In this document: positions 1-13,269 of the stretch, piece after piece | Position numbering within the stretch: position 1 is the stretch's first letter | How the letters are laid out: the number at the start of each line of letters is the position of its first letter | Origin: Botryllus schlosseri | Taxonomy: Eukaryota | DNA length: 64,000 nt | Direction of reading: 5' to 3' | Assembly: GCA_051294905.1 (NCBI GenBank) | Contig: CM119385.1 | Coordinates: forward strand, 14,632,001-14,696,000 | Position numbers and translations under genes: made by a program | The notes under the pieces: model-generated | Told to the model about the DNA's origin: nothing | Seen by the model: only the letters and a program-made list of their open reading frames with translations | Database searches by the model: none

Positions 1-621
1 ATTGTGACGGAACGTGACGTCATATATCCAACTTCAAGTTCATGCACGAAGAAGAAACTTTCATAGATTGTCATCGTCTCTATATAATTATATCATACGC
101 CTACCCGTTTAACATGTCAGCGCTGGAAAAACGTTGCCCAAACTCTCTAATTTGTGTGGAAGATTCAGTCTCGGCACGGCTAATAACTTCAAATTTCTTC
201 AGCCAAGTCATTATACACGCCACCTTTCAAACTACTTACCTGAGCCGAACTCGCTCATTTTGTACCAATTGCCTGTATTTTCACATTCCGCGCTTCTGTT
301 TTTCTCGATCGTCGTTGAATATCAATAATTCCAGTCAGTGAATATTGGCATTATTCGTGAGGTCATTCACGTGTCTCGGCAGATGGCAGCTTTGAGTTAT
401 AGTCATAGTTATAGAAATTTCAAGTTATTGCAGAGTGCCGAGCATCCACATCTATAGGGCTGAACGCTGATATGATATTTAGTCATCTACACATCTAGGT
501 CCACATTTCTTCATTCAATAACTTCCCAAATCTCGCACTCAAAGTGCTAGGGTGCCGCGCACTATTTACCCTTTCAGAGGGTACCGGTATATCGAAAACA
601 TTGAGTATTAATGGTTTAGGG

Positions 622-895
622 CAGTGATTCCCCACCGCAGCCCCGAGGGTCGCATGCGGCCCCAGGCTAATCTACGGATAGATGCACAACACGTGGGCGT
701 CCTCCGAGGACACTTTTAAAAAAGTCAGAAAAGACGACAAATCCTCTTAAAGAAGGACGTATGGTAACCTTACAATATAATAATAATATCATAATTATAA
801 TTTTTGCTATACTTAATGAGTGTATTCGTGCGGCTCCAACCGTACTCTGAAATTCTAAATTTGGCCCTGACACCGAAAAAGGTTGGGAACCACTG
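622..895. mobile_element. hAT-type MITE containing a fragment of the TAGGGTTACCATA-ended MITE family
   Basis: TIRs CAGTGATTCCC / GGGAACCACTG; exact TSD GTTTAGGG at 614-621 and 896-903. Internal ~690-772 is the reverse complement of the left arm of 60480-60813. Confidence 0.85.
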
Positions 896-1280
896 GTTTA
901 GGGTGTTGAAGCTTCGGAATTCCAGGTACTTTTAGTTGGTCTGAAGTCATCATCACCGGTCATTTTGTACCTAAATTGAACGCCACGATAGAGCAGACGT
1001 AAAACCTGACTTGTCACCGTGTTCTTAATTGGCGTATTGCGTATTCGCAATAGTAAATATGTACCAAGGTTTTATAAAGTGTGCAAAATCAACAACCACA
1101 TCGTAACGGTTTAGGTCTACATGAAACATGTTCAGTGTTGCGCATTATGAACAATCGGGTTTTGAAATTCCATTTTAATGTAGGCCTATCCAAAAATTCC
1201 TTCTGGTACCCAGAGTAGCGATAAGTTTTCAAAGGGTGCCAGCGACAAACAAAATTTCGGGAATAGCTAATATTATAGAT

Positions 1281-2080
1281 CAGTGGTACTCAATCGGGGT
1301 CCCGCGAAACCTTTGAATTTGTAACCTATTTCTTTAATTAGGAAAAGCATGAGACAGTTTCGCTTTAGAATTGCTACAACTTCAGGATCACATCATTAAA
1401 ATGGTCGCCTGAGATGAAATATAACACTGTGCAAACTCATTTTAATTGTCAAATGACCAATAGACTGTCGATGCAAACATTTGCTATTTAGAGATGTTCT
1501 GTCGGGGTTTGTGGAAAAATGAAACGTTGGAGATAGCATTATGGATTTGGAGTTATCAGTCTCAGCAAATTACTAAACAGTCGTTTGAAATAGGAATTCC
1601 TGATTTTTTTCCCTGAACTGTCCCAATGAACGAATTGAAACCTTGCCATGAAATCCATTTTCTTCTGTGATATAACCACTAAATAACTTCAAGATGGGAT
1701 GCTAGATAGAAATGACTGGGATGGACGGGATATGTTAATTAAGAACGTTACGCGTTAATATAACATTCGCCACTAATATATCTTTGTGAAAATGGATCCC
1801 CGGCACTCGTTCATATTCAATCGACGGCGCGGGTTTTCAAGAAAATAAACACAGCAGCGAAATAATCAAAGTCTACCCAATTTATACGTATAGTGTGATG
1901 TTATTTTCAATAAAATTCATTTTGTGGCTGTTTATCTCTAGCGTGCAATCAATATTTGGACGAGACAGATGATGGATGAACGATAATTGAGCTAATTTTG
2001 AACGAAAACTTGAGGGGGCCTGCGGGGGTCCGAGGTGGTCCAAAAGGGGTCCGCGAATACAAAAAGGTTGAGAACCACGG
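1281..2080. mobile_element. Degenerate hAT-type element
   Basis: CAGTGGTACTCAA ... TTGAGAACCACGG ends with GGGGTCCGCG subterminal motifs; TSD not conserved. Confidence 0.5.
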
Positions 2081-3336
2081 TTCATGGTTTCATGTTGTCG
2101 CCAGCCATTCGCAATTTAAGAAAATGCGGACACAAGGTGGCAAACCAGAGCCGGGTGAGACAGCTTCATTTTAGAAAGATGAACAATGAACGATGACCAT
2201 GAGCACTGAACGGTGCCGTGAATGCTAATTCAGGCTCATATTCAGTGAAATATTATAGAAATTATAGAAATGTCAATTGCCGAACGTATCAATCATTCTC
2301 GAGAGCGCCTCACGATACAGTTTCCTGCGGCTCTCAACAATACTCAGAAATCATTAGTGATTGAGTAAAGAGTATCAAGGACTATCTCAATGATTCAAAG
2401 TGAATCAACTTTTAATTCCGCCTTCACGGAGAGACTTTACCTTGAGATTAAAACTGCCGCTTATTAGTCAAACACATTTGACGCCTAACGCTAAGTTGAC
2501 TTCTGACTTGACAGATAAGTCATGGTTGATTGTAATGTAATCATAGCAAACTTTATTTGAAATCAGGCATCTGTAATTACGCTCATGTTTATTCAACTGT
2601 CCATGACCTTCGTTGCTTGAACATGGATGAATGGGCCATAGTGATTTGTTGCTGGGGACATTTTCGAAGTATCCGGGTACCCGGTGGTATTACGAGCCCG
2701 TCGCGTTTTGCGAAAACATCTCAGACAGGAAAAATGATTACTCCAATACTAGTACCGGAGGATTTCATGATTTCAGTCGGACTAGAATTCAAGAATCTTG
2801 CTGCACTGAATTTAGATTCGGAATTTCAAAAAAACTTTGAATTTATACGAGACTCCTGAAAGAATCAATCACCAACGGGTACTACCACAAAATTTGATTT
2901 AGGTTTGACGCGAAATTGATTCGAGATTAGGCATAGCATACTTAGATTTGAAGATCATGACATAATTGCGTATCCTGTGTTAAACGTAGGTTATGCTGTT
3001 ATGCATCAAACAGTGAATCATTCCTAAAAATCGCATGAATGTTCGAGGTATCCTCGATTTCTTGTCCAAATCCAAATCATAACTTTCGCTCCGATCCAAC
3101 TTTACATATGATTCCATTCTTCACGATACAAAAGGCGACCTGCTGCATGTTAAAAGACAACATGCCACAGTGTTGAATACATTATGTTGTGCGTGGCGAA
3201 ATAGCGTAGTGGTATAATCCACAGCTACAACACCAATGGGTCGTGAGTTCGAGTCCGAACGAGTTCGACTCCAGAATTCATTCTTAAGGTTTGGAGGTTT
3301 ATCTATGCTCCTTCTCGCCATCTCATTCGCGTAAGC

Positions 3337-4660
3337 CAGGGGTGGGCAATTATTTGCCTCCGCGGGCCAAATGAGAAGTATAAAATACGTTGGCGGGCCG
3401 AGTGGAAAATTCCAGCTACATTCCCCAGCGCATTTTAATTTTATTTCTAAATTATATTGTTAATAAATAGTGCTCAGTGAATGTGTTGATGTTAGGTACT
3501 GAGAAAGTGACGGTTAATTAAAACAATATCTATTTCCCGTCATGATTCGAAACAATGTTAAACATGATACATTTTAAAATGTCTTTAAAGCCCTATCCCC
3601 GTTCTTCTATTAAGACTCTAAAACCATGGTTCTCAAACTACTTTAAGCACGCCTCCTTTTATAATAGTTTCGCGCTCCCCATCATGATATAACAAAATAT
3701 TAAAAAGCAGAACCAGAATGATAGCAATCCAAACGGATAGTTTGATGGCTTGAACGGCTATGGCTGTTGCTGAGAGAATTCTGAATTCTTAAAGTCGGAC
3801 AATACACAGAGCAACAACCATAAGCTGAGGGTAAATCTCGCGGAGCGCGAAATTTTTTTCATTGAACTCCGGTTTTGCGCCCTTTCCCCCCAGTTCGAGA
3901 ACCACTGCTCTTCAACGTATATGTGCGATAGTACAAAGCTTATTGTCTTGGTCGCTGCAATCCGAGCAGTGTGCAGCTTAAGTAATTTTAATGTTACGCG
4001 AAGCTTGCAGTTTTTCTGAAATTCGCCTTCCCTTGAGCGAGTGTTTCGTGTTTTTGTCATAAGACCGACTTTAATTAAAATCCTTAATCTCATCGACATG
4101 CTCGGAAAAAGCTAAAAGGACTGGTTTACCCCTGACTCCAGTATACATATATGTGGTGCTCTAAACCTTCTTTGAAATTCAGTTTTCGGCTTTCTTTTTT
4201 TGACATGTCCGTTCATCCTTAATGGGTGATAGATATCATGGGGCATATAGTAATCACGAGGACTGATGGACTTGTTTTACGAATTAGGGATTAGGAAACG
4301 TATGTATCACGTAACACTTTGGAACACATACCGTATAATGCGTAATGGGACAATATCAACAAAGAAGGTTTGAAAATATATATATGGGAAGAGTGATTTC
4401 TTGTGACTTTAATTGCTACTCACACTTTGCCACATTGCCTTTATTTCGAATCAGGATTACGCACGCGAGGTAAATACGCAGCGTAATCGTGGCATATTAA
4501 TGAACAGGCTTCTAAGTAAACGATTTCAGTTGATACAGCCAATGGTTTTAGTCATTCAAAAAGCAAGTTCTATGTTTGGATTCCCAGCAACCTTTCGCGG
4601 GCCGCACAGAATAGCTTCGCGGGCCACATTTGGCCCGCGGGTCGCACTTTGCCAGGTCTG
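3337..4660. mobile_element. hAT-type element (CGCGGGCC subterminal motifs) inserted into the SINE
   Basis: Ends CAGGGGTGGGCAA / TTGCCAGGTCTG; subterminal GGCCCGCGGG motifs are shared with 21750-22931; TSD degenerate (TAAGC/GAAGC). Confidence 0.7.
3624..3907. mobile_element. hAT-type MITE nested in 3337-4660
   Basis: CCATGGTTCTCAAAC / GTTCGAGAACCACTG ends; TSD CTCTAAAA / CTCTTCAA (6/8). Confidence 0.65.
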
Positions 4661-5590
4661 GAAGCGGTGTCTTACAAAAGTCTATAAGTGGGCCGTGCCA
4701 CAAGTCGGCAGTTACGGAATTAAAAAGGAATATCGGCCTGGTGTAATTGATCGTTGTAGTCGACACACACCATGAATACCATAAACAGCAACAGCATTAT
4801 GAGGTCGGTGGGAAATTGAACATGATTTGAAATGACACTTGACCCCTCACTTATATGCCTATACGCAGCACCCAAGAAAAGCAATAAATAGACGCAAACT
4901 TTGTGCAATGTGCAGAGCACAGAAAACCATGTCTTCTCATAATTTATTTCTATAATACTCGCGAAACAACACAAGGAACATGAAATGCTGATCCTTATCC
5001 ACGCTGATTGCTAATATATTTGCTCGAAAAGGTAGCGAAGACACCCAGCGGTGGTATAAATTTATTTTCGCCTCGCCCTGCCAATTCTAGGCTTAGGTCG
5101 CCCTTACAAAACTCGGGCAGCTGTGTGTTGATATCGGAAGCACGTACCACTTGAAAAATACCGAATAATTTAGATAAATGTCATGCTAACTAGCACTTGT
5201 GATTTACGAAAATACGCGTTGGCGCCAGATCAAGTTCAATTGGATCGTTCCAAATTTAGGACACGGATAGTATAAGTATTCCAACGTTTTTGTGACTTTC
5301 AATTATCCATAATCTGTCACCGCAGTTGCTATCCCACGTTTAGTGCGGTGCGATATTGAACGTATAGAATAAAAGGAAACTTCTCAGTTGAATTTCTAGT
5401 AATATATTCTCTTTTCAGCTAAAGACAGCGAAAAGAACCTTAAAGGTCATTTCCCTTCCATAATTAGTAAGGCATTTAGGCAAAAGCAGGTATTCCCTAT
5501 TGATTGGCCACGTTTACCGTCCTTGAGCTTGGATGTACTTGGAAGGAAGGGTTCTGCAAATGAGCAGTTTCACAAGTTTTGACCGGATGA

Positions 5591-6204
5591 TATCGTCACA
5601 CCGAAAATACAGATTTGGGTCAATTAGGCTGAGTTAGAACAAACCGAACTTGGTTTAATAATTATAATTAATACACACACTTCGGAGTGGTATCTCATCC
5701 GAGAAATCGTCTATTATCGCTTCCCGTTCCGTCTACGGAATGAAAGGGTGCGGTATCTTATTGAGATGTATATGGCTAACTACGGTACTCACGAACTTAA
5801 TGTATTAGTAATGTAATTGCGGAAAGAAAAAAGCTATACTTCGTCAAACGTCCTTCTCTATACCAACAGCGTTCAACCCCCGAGCCACGGAAGGATTTAT
5901 CGTCACACCGAAAATACAGATTTGGGTCAATTAGGCAGAGTTAGAACAAACCGAACTTGGTTTAATAATTATAATTAATACACACACTTTGGAGTGGTAT
6001 CTCATCCGAGAAATCGTCTATTATCGCTTCCCGTTCCGTCTACGGAATGAAAGGGTGCGGTATCTTATTGAGATGTATATGGCTAACTACGGTACTCACG
6101 AACTTAATGTATTAGTAATGTAATTGCGGAAAGAAAAAAGCTATACTTCGTCAAACGTCCTTCTCTATACCAACAGCGTTCAACCCCCGAGTCACGGAAG
6201 GATT
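5591..6204. repeat. 307-bp tandem duplication (2 copies)
   Basis: 5591-5897 and 5898-6204 are near-identical; I see three substitutions (GCTGAG/GCAGAG, CTTCGG/CTTTGG, GAGCCAC/GAGTCAC). Confidence 0.95.
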
Positions 6205-9200
6205 TTTGTCGGAGGAAGTTATTAACAACTGAGGAAAGCCCTCTCTAGTTTTCGAAAATCTGCGATGTTCCCAGTGCTGGCCGATGATATCCGGAGATGA
6301 ACGATCGGTTCTAACAGCGATCAAGTACAACATTCATGTAGCGTACAAAACACAGGTAACAAAACGCCGTAGGTATACACCAACACCAACTATAACAACA
6401 ACATTTATACCACAAACTATACGTTCTTATGAAGCAATTAGTTACCCAATAATTAACTAAACCTAGACGCGAGTTAAGAGGGAGGCGGAGATGCACTAAA
6501 TAAGAACTTTGTTCATAAGTTCATAAGTTCATAATCCCATAAGCCCATGAGCTTTGCTATACTCTTGAGCTAACAGCGTATAGAAAAATGTTATGTTTCA
6601 AACGATAAAAGACAGGAGTGAAAAGGATTTCGAACAGTTGCAATCCATCCAATCGACCCAGTAAACGATTATTGGAAAAAAGTTAATAGAACAATTGCTG
6701 TGAAGAACAATGAAACACCAACTAAAGAAGATTATTTCTGAGGGATTATGGGCATGGTATGTTCGCTGTTACGTTAGTGTTGGGTAGGCTACACTAACGT
6801 GAGTGATTAAGAGGCTTTTGTTGGTGAAAGAACTGTGGCAGGCATGCCACTGTGTACGTTAACAAATTCGCAAAATTGATATTCCCGTTTAGGAGAAATT
6901 TGGTCGAGAGGCTGTGTTTTGAGCCAATTTAATCGCTGCGGGAGGCGCACGTTTAGCACACTAGAACTAGGATTTAAATAAAGAGAGAGTTTTTAAGAAA
7001 AGGGAAGATTTCAGAGCATTTAAGCATATAACTAAAAACTAGCAAAAAATAACAAACATTTGGAACGAACTTGTTTCATACTTATGTTCCGTCGTAAAAA
7101 ACGAAAAATGCTTTGAATCCAGGTGTACCTTTCTTTACAATCCTAAAATCAGATTCCTCCTTGAAGTGGCCAAATTCCTGGCAAGCGAGGATTTCGCCCC
7201 GGTTGGGAACCAATGGCTGAAATTATCGAAGGAGAGGAGGGGCCTTGAGAAACCTCCAATGGAGTCGAGCTCGAACGGGCAACCCATTGATATTGTTGCT
7301 GGGGAACTTACCCCTACGCTATCTCGTCACTACCATCCTTCACAGATAAAGACAAGATTGAAAGGATGGTGTTAATTCTTCAATCAAAATTATGCGTAAA
7401 ACGCACTGCTTTTGTAGCTTCATCACAATGTATCATTAGATTCTAAATTCGGCCAAGATGCTGCAAATGCAGCGACTTCCCACACCTCTACTAATCCTTA
7501 AAAACACACCGAATTTGGCATAACCAAAGCGCCATTCCGTATTTCCTATATTTCAGGAACGCCCATCCCATATAGGCCTTCCTGGAATATAATTATGGTC
7601 ATAGTATTATTATTTTAAGCGACCTACATGTCATAATATTGGATTATACGGTCAAACCAAACGTTTTTAAGCCGTGTTATATAGCATCTGAACTTTAGTG
7701 TTTATTATCGTGCGGATTTTACTATACCACTTTGGTCATAGTTGTTTGTTAGGATACAAGAAATGTTGTTGAGAAACACCAATAAGTCTTTTGTTAAATA
7801 CGCATTAGCCACGGAACAATGTTTTCAAATTGGCAATTTGCGGAGAAACGCCACTGCAATTGCAAAGTTATAGTAAGGTTGTTATTACCTCAATTCTCTT
7901 TGGGTGGATTTGGGCTTTTAGTTCCATGAAAAGGTCTGCAAGTATAATTTGAAATCGATGTATGGCGTATGCAGATTGCATGCATTTGTCGAGAATAATG
8001 ATATAATCACATGTAGAAAGGCATGAAATCTCCTAAGGAACCTATGACGTGCAAGGGATACATACCATTTCGTTACCGACAATTTTGAAGGGAGTTCGCT
8101 CTCAATCCTTTATTGAGGTCTAATTGAAGGAAAATGAGTTCATAAATGTCAACCGTCGTTTGCTAAAAGACAGCTATTTCACATCACTTTTACTCTATTC
8201 TCGCTAATTTATCAGCTGTGGTCAAAGTATAGTCCGCGTTGGTACTCAAGTATATACGTAGAAATAATGACATAGTTTCTACTAACGTACAAGTAGGAGT
8301 AGCGAATTCCAAGACATGCCAAAACTATTTCAAGTATAGACAATACATAGAAAACGGAAGTTTGAAAAGTAAGTAGATTCAAAAAGTAGATTTGGTCGAC
8401 TTGTTCAATACTGAAAGGTGATGCAAACACAATCCAAAACTACATTCCACTTCACAGAATTAAAAAATTGTTTTGTAGACTAAAGTGAAAGCAGTTTAAA
8501 ACCATAACCGCTTAAATAAGAAGTGCAAGTATCGGCAAAACTTAATACGTTAATCCAAAAAAGTAGAACTACTTCGCTGCTGACCACTTTTGCAATTGAA
8601 ACAAATGAATTGCAACATTTGGTATAAATCATGCACAAGGCATCGGTTACTTACATACAGGCGCACTCCCATCAAGCGTGTCGTCGCAACGCCATCCGAG
8701 GGAGCAAATTTCTAACTTTTGCTATGTGTGTATACTGCCTACTGTACAAGGAATCACACTAAAGTATAGTTGCCATAAGAATGGTCATTTCCGTCACATG
8801 GCTGAGCAATAATCAATTGGAATCCATATATGCCATATATAGCCATAGATTAGTATTTTGATGTTATGGCATTACTCTCTTTAAAATTTTATCAATATTA
8901 CTCTTAATTCGCTTAATAATCATCAATATTGCTATAACTTATTCAACAAATTGTCATAGGCAGCACGCGTTGGATTTTCAATTAGTAGCACAAGCTAGAT
9001 TTTTTTGGTCATGGGTCAAAAGTCTTCCGTAGGCAAACGCTTGCTGGAAAATCTAACGTGTGCTGCCAAGTATCATGAGTAGGCCTACATGTTCTTTATA
9101 TTGTCAAATTCATTTGTAATTCATTTCAATTGTCTGTTCTTGAGTCCACCGTCACCACTATGCGTTCTTCTGGGGACAGAAACCCCGAAGTTACTAAGTA

Positions 9201-9229
9201 TAAAGGTGAATAACGAATCCCATATACAG

Positions 9230-10086
9230 CAGTGTTGGGATCAAGTCACTACCTTCGAGTCACGAGTCATCTCGATTCATTGCATATTTTGACTCGAGTC
9301 AAGGCAAGATTTTCGAAAGTGACTCGAATGAAGTCACAATTCAAGTCAAATTGAATTCTCGAAGTATGAGTGATGATTCAATCTCATTACATTTTGCTAG
9401 CTGTGTAAAAGACAGATTGTTTGGTCAAGGTCATTTATCTTGAATAAAAGTACGAATATAAAGTTAAATATACATGCAAAATCGCGTTGTATCGCTCACG
9501 CACACGTAGAACTCAGGGATATCTAATACTAGCGATCCCCAGTAGAACTGTTAATAAAATGCGTGAGCCAAAATAGAGGATCGAAAACGAAGCCTCGAGA
9601 AGTTGAAACAAATTGATATGGTACAATACACTACCCATCTACACATCCGTGAGAATATGAACTCATAACCTATATATTCGTTCGATTTATATCATACATG
9701 AGGGTTACTGCGCAATGTAAGCACTGAGCCGTCTAAGAAACAGAGATACGCTGTTATTAGATTAATATACTGCTAGTACATCAACGTAGGGCCGTTAAGC
9801 TGTAATCACCACCAGTGACCACCAGTACCACCATTGAATGACTGTTTGCCCACAGTCTCATACAAGTCACATACCGGCGGATCGCGAACAATTCGAACAC
9901 AAACAAGATTCAGTGATTTATTTGAGACCGTTTACTTGTAGACTTGAAATTGACTCGTAAATTTTGCTCCGAGTCACGAGTCAATCCACATTTCTGAAGC
10001 GCCAAGTCAAGTCAAGTCATTTTTGCAAAGTGACTCGAGTCAAGTTAAGTCATACGAAAAAATTGACTCGAGTCGTCCCAACACTG
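9230..10086. mobile_element. hAT-type MITE with GACTCGAGTC/CAAGTCAA subterminal arrays
   Basis: TIR CAGTGTTGGGA / TCCCAACACTG; exact TSD ATATACAG at 9222-9229 and 10087-10094. Confidence 0.9.
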
Positions 10087-12457
10087 ATATACAGTGGTTC
10101 TAAAACTGGGGGGCGGGGGTGTGAAAGCATCTGAAGTATCTGTGCCAGTCGGCACGTCGAACAAAGCTATATTTAGTGATATCCACTTGATATTTTAAGT
10201 TTTCTCCGCCGAAAAATTGCGGAAATGCTGCTTTCCGAAATTAGAATTACCAAAAAATACGAGAACCATAATTTAGATGAAGATATTTCGCAATACAGCA
10301 TGGATTCCATATACAGAGCATCATACCTGGTAAAAACTGACTACAAAGGTAAAGTTATAGTTTCATTGCTAAAAATACTGCCGTTTCTCCCTCACATTAA
10401 GAGTGTATTACCGCATTTTAATGGATGACTAGATAGTGCAAAAAAGCGTTTTAATAACCGTGATTTTTTATACAAATGATTTGAATGATCAGAAATGGAA
10501 TTATATATTACTAAGAAATCCTTAAAAATACATTTATAGTCTGGAATACAAAAGTCGTAACCGCGTAATTATTTAGAAAAAAAATACACAAGTTGACCGC
10601 AATACATTTGCCAAGGTCATGGAAACGACAGCCGATTTCATAATGGGATTTTGACAGATCTGTAGACAAAATTGACGCACTTTAGTAGATGCATCGAAGG
10701 AGAAAAATTATCAAGGACAGGTACCGCTGTGGATTGATAGCGATAATACGTAGAATGTCTATGGATTTTTCGCAGATAGCACGAATGTTTGCATGATATC
10801 AAACACAATCTATAGACTATAAGTGTTTTGTTATTTCTGCGGCTAAAGAAACTGAGGTGAATTATTCCCTGCATACTGTCGAATATATAACACAAATATT
10901 AATAATTTTATCATCGATATAACATTTACATCACGTCGGGGACGGGGACGTAAACGAATAGTAACTGAGTTATCGTATAGGCCCCGATCGCAGGAATCCA
11001 ACAATATTCCTTGACATTTGTTTCACTATACGAAAGTTCGTGGGGCTTCTTCGTTAACAAAGCAGGATCTCTACAGAAGCAAATTTTCCACTGGGTGGTG
11101 TTGACGATTTCACCCATAAAATGATCACCATCTTAACCCCTATTAAAAAAAACTTGGAGTGTTTTTAGAAGTTGAAATTTAGTATTTTGCGTTTGAGAAC
11201 AGATCAAAAGCAGTTCCAAAGCGATGAAGTAAATACAGCAGTTACACATAGGAGACATATTGTTGATCACCAGACGTGTAGTCATGAGTGTTACTCAATT
11301 ACAAGTAGAAATAGCAATTTCCAAGAAACGTCAAAACTGTTGGAAGAATAGTTTCAAAAATTACATTAAATTAAATTATATTATAATTTGATCGAAGGGA
11401 CGCATACCCTGAACAGTTAATTGGAGATCGCCATTTTCGAAATTGTGATGTGTATATTTGCGACTAACGCAAAATGACTAATGACACTACGTGTAGGTAT
11501 GATTCTTATGACATTTCCACTAATAAAAGTGATGAAAACTTATCACAAAACTACTTTATAATTTTTCAAACCTCAAAACGTAAAAAGTAAGTAATTCTGT
11601 TTACAAACGGCTCAGGTATATATAAGTGGATGTATTCTAAAAACACAACCACTGCAGTAAATATGGTAAATAGGGAAAATCCACTTCAGTACTTCGAAAT
11701 ACTAGAAGTAATTCGATACTGACCACCTCTGATGAGCACTAGGACGAAGTGTGGACCTACATCAACATACCACCATCTATTTCGATCTATTCCACCAATA
11801 TGGACAAGAGTGTAGGAATTTTGCGGTTGCCGGCTGAGATATAATTGCTGTTCACCACTCATGCTAGTAATCAAATGAATAGACCACAGTATCCTCATAA
11901 CTCCATCGATGTGTACAACAGTTCCATGTGTGGGCACTTAAGATTGCTTTTCCCGAATTATGTCTCAAGATTAATTCACAAAATTCCCAAGTAAGTCACC
12001 AACCGCGGTATCAACCTCTTGTTGCGGCTTGCTATCCCGATACGTCGTCGTCGAGTATATTGACAAGCGAAAGGTTTGAACTAAGCGAGAAAATGAAAGG
12101 CCGCTGGTCAGGGACGAACGTAAACGTGACCACCAACACAGTGTTTAACGCTGGTGATAAATAAGGACGGAGAGGAGTTATTTTAATTGGTTTTCATTGT
12201 AGTCACGTATTCTCGTTTCACATTGGAGAAACTCAAGGATGGGTGTTTTCCTATTTCGAATCACGCCACACTGTTACGCCATCATCCGATGGACAACGGT
12301 GTCCCACCCACAAGATACCAACAAGCAATTCGTGTCGTACGAAACTTAAAATGTTCGGTCATTGAGATGTGTGTGTACAATGAATCATCATACAGTCGCA
12401 CAATTAGTAATAATGAGGTCAAATATAATTTGGACTGTTTTCACTCTCTCACAGTCC

Positions 12458-13269
12458 CAGCCGGGAGCATTTAACCATATATTAGGAGGGCGGAAATAAT
12501 TTGCGATTGATTTATGCCTAGTGACAGATACTGTTGAAAACTGTATATCCCCAGTTCATATATGTAATAACGAGTTATATATCTTGTTAAGCGCATGCCA
12601 CGATCATGCGCAAACAAGAATTAAGTTCCCCAGCGACATGAACAATGAACATACCAAATGTTTAAATGTATTTGGTTGGTATAATGACTTCGTTACATGA
12701 TGTAAATTCGTGACCCCCTGTCTGCTACGCCAAAATACTAAACTAAAATACGCACACGATTTAAAATTGGTATTTCTTCACTGGCAAATAATTTTTCTCT
12801 TCGGTGCTGCATTTGTCTTGTGGATTGCCAGGACAGGAACATTTGGCGCGAGCCATTTATAGGCTCGTATGGACAATTGACCAAATGAACATGTTAGTTT
12901 TCGCTCAGCATAAGGGCAGTCCTTTTCGGCCAAGGTTTTTTCGCGGCCGATCGTTCTGGCACACTTCTCCGAATCACATATTACATTGCCTGAAACTACA
13001 TATGTCTTGATGCTTCGTGGCGCGGTAATGGCCGACGACGAGATGTCAATTTCTATAAATCATGCGTATTTTTTCTTGGGGGAAGATTACCCAATAATGA
13101 AGAGATTTGGCAATATCAAATCGCGCATAGCGTGAAAAAATTCGAATGAAGTTGCATAAATTAAAAAAATATTACATAATTTATGTTAATTCACGAAATA
13201 ATTTAGGGTCCCCTTCGAGCTCGGCCTCCCCCCAATTGCGGGGTTTGGGGTGCGGCAGTTACGGTCCTG
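12458..13269 (+). mobile_element. Second copy of the CAGGACCGTAAC-ended repeat (possibly hAT Tip100-like)
   Basis: Ends GCAGTTACGGTCCTG at 13269 and is homologous to 32632-33830 in inverted orientation. The left end is approximate. Confidence 0.55.

Larger units (their letters stand above)
3195..4795 (+). mobile_element. tRNA-derived SINE split into 3195-3336 and 4661-4795 by a DNA transposon
   Basis: Head GGCGAAATAGCGTAGTGGT (A box) and GAGTTCGAGTCC (B box). Joining ...CGCGTAAGC to ...GCGGTGTC restores the sequence of the intact copy at 50740. Confidence 0.85.

Noticed and set aside
2631-2840. ORFs with an ..ESCC../..ECC.. word (also 56383-56589) or C-x11-C spacing (about 26684, about 25720) as further ILP paralogs
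   Set aside because: The Cys spacing fails the A-chain rule or lacks the CG motif, and there is no matching partner exon.
3195-3270. tRNA-like sequences (also 14593, 50740, about 24361)
   Set aside because: They have A/B boxes but no complete cloverleaf or acceptor stem, and they continue into the shared SINE body. They are SINE heads, not tRNA genes.
6771-6800. 10-bp perfect hairpin ACGTTAGTGT-N10-ACACTAACGT
   Set aside because: It is too short for a pre-miRNA, has no Helitron CTRR end nearby, and is isolated.
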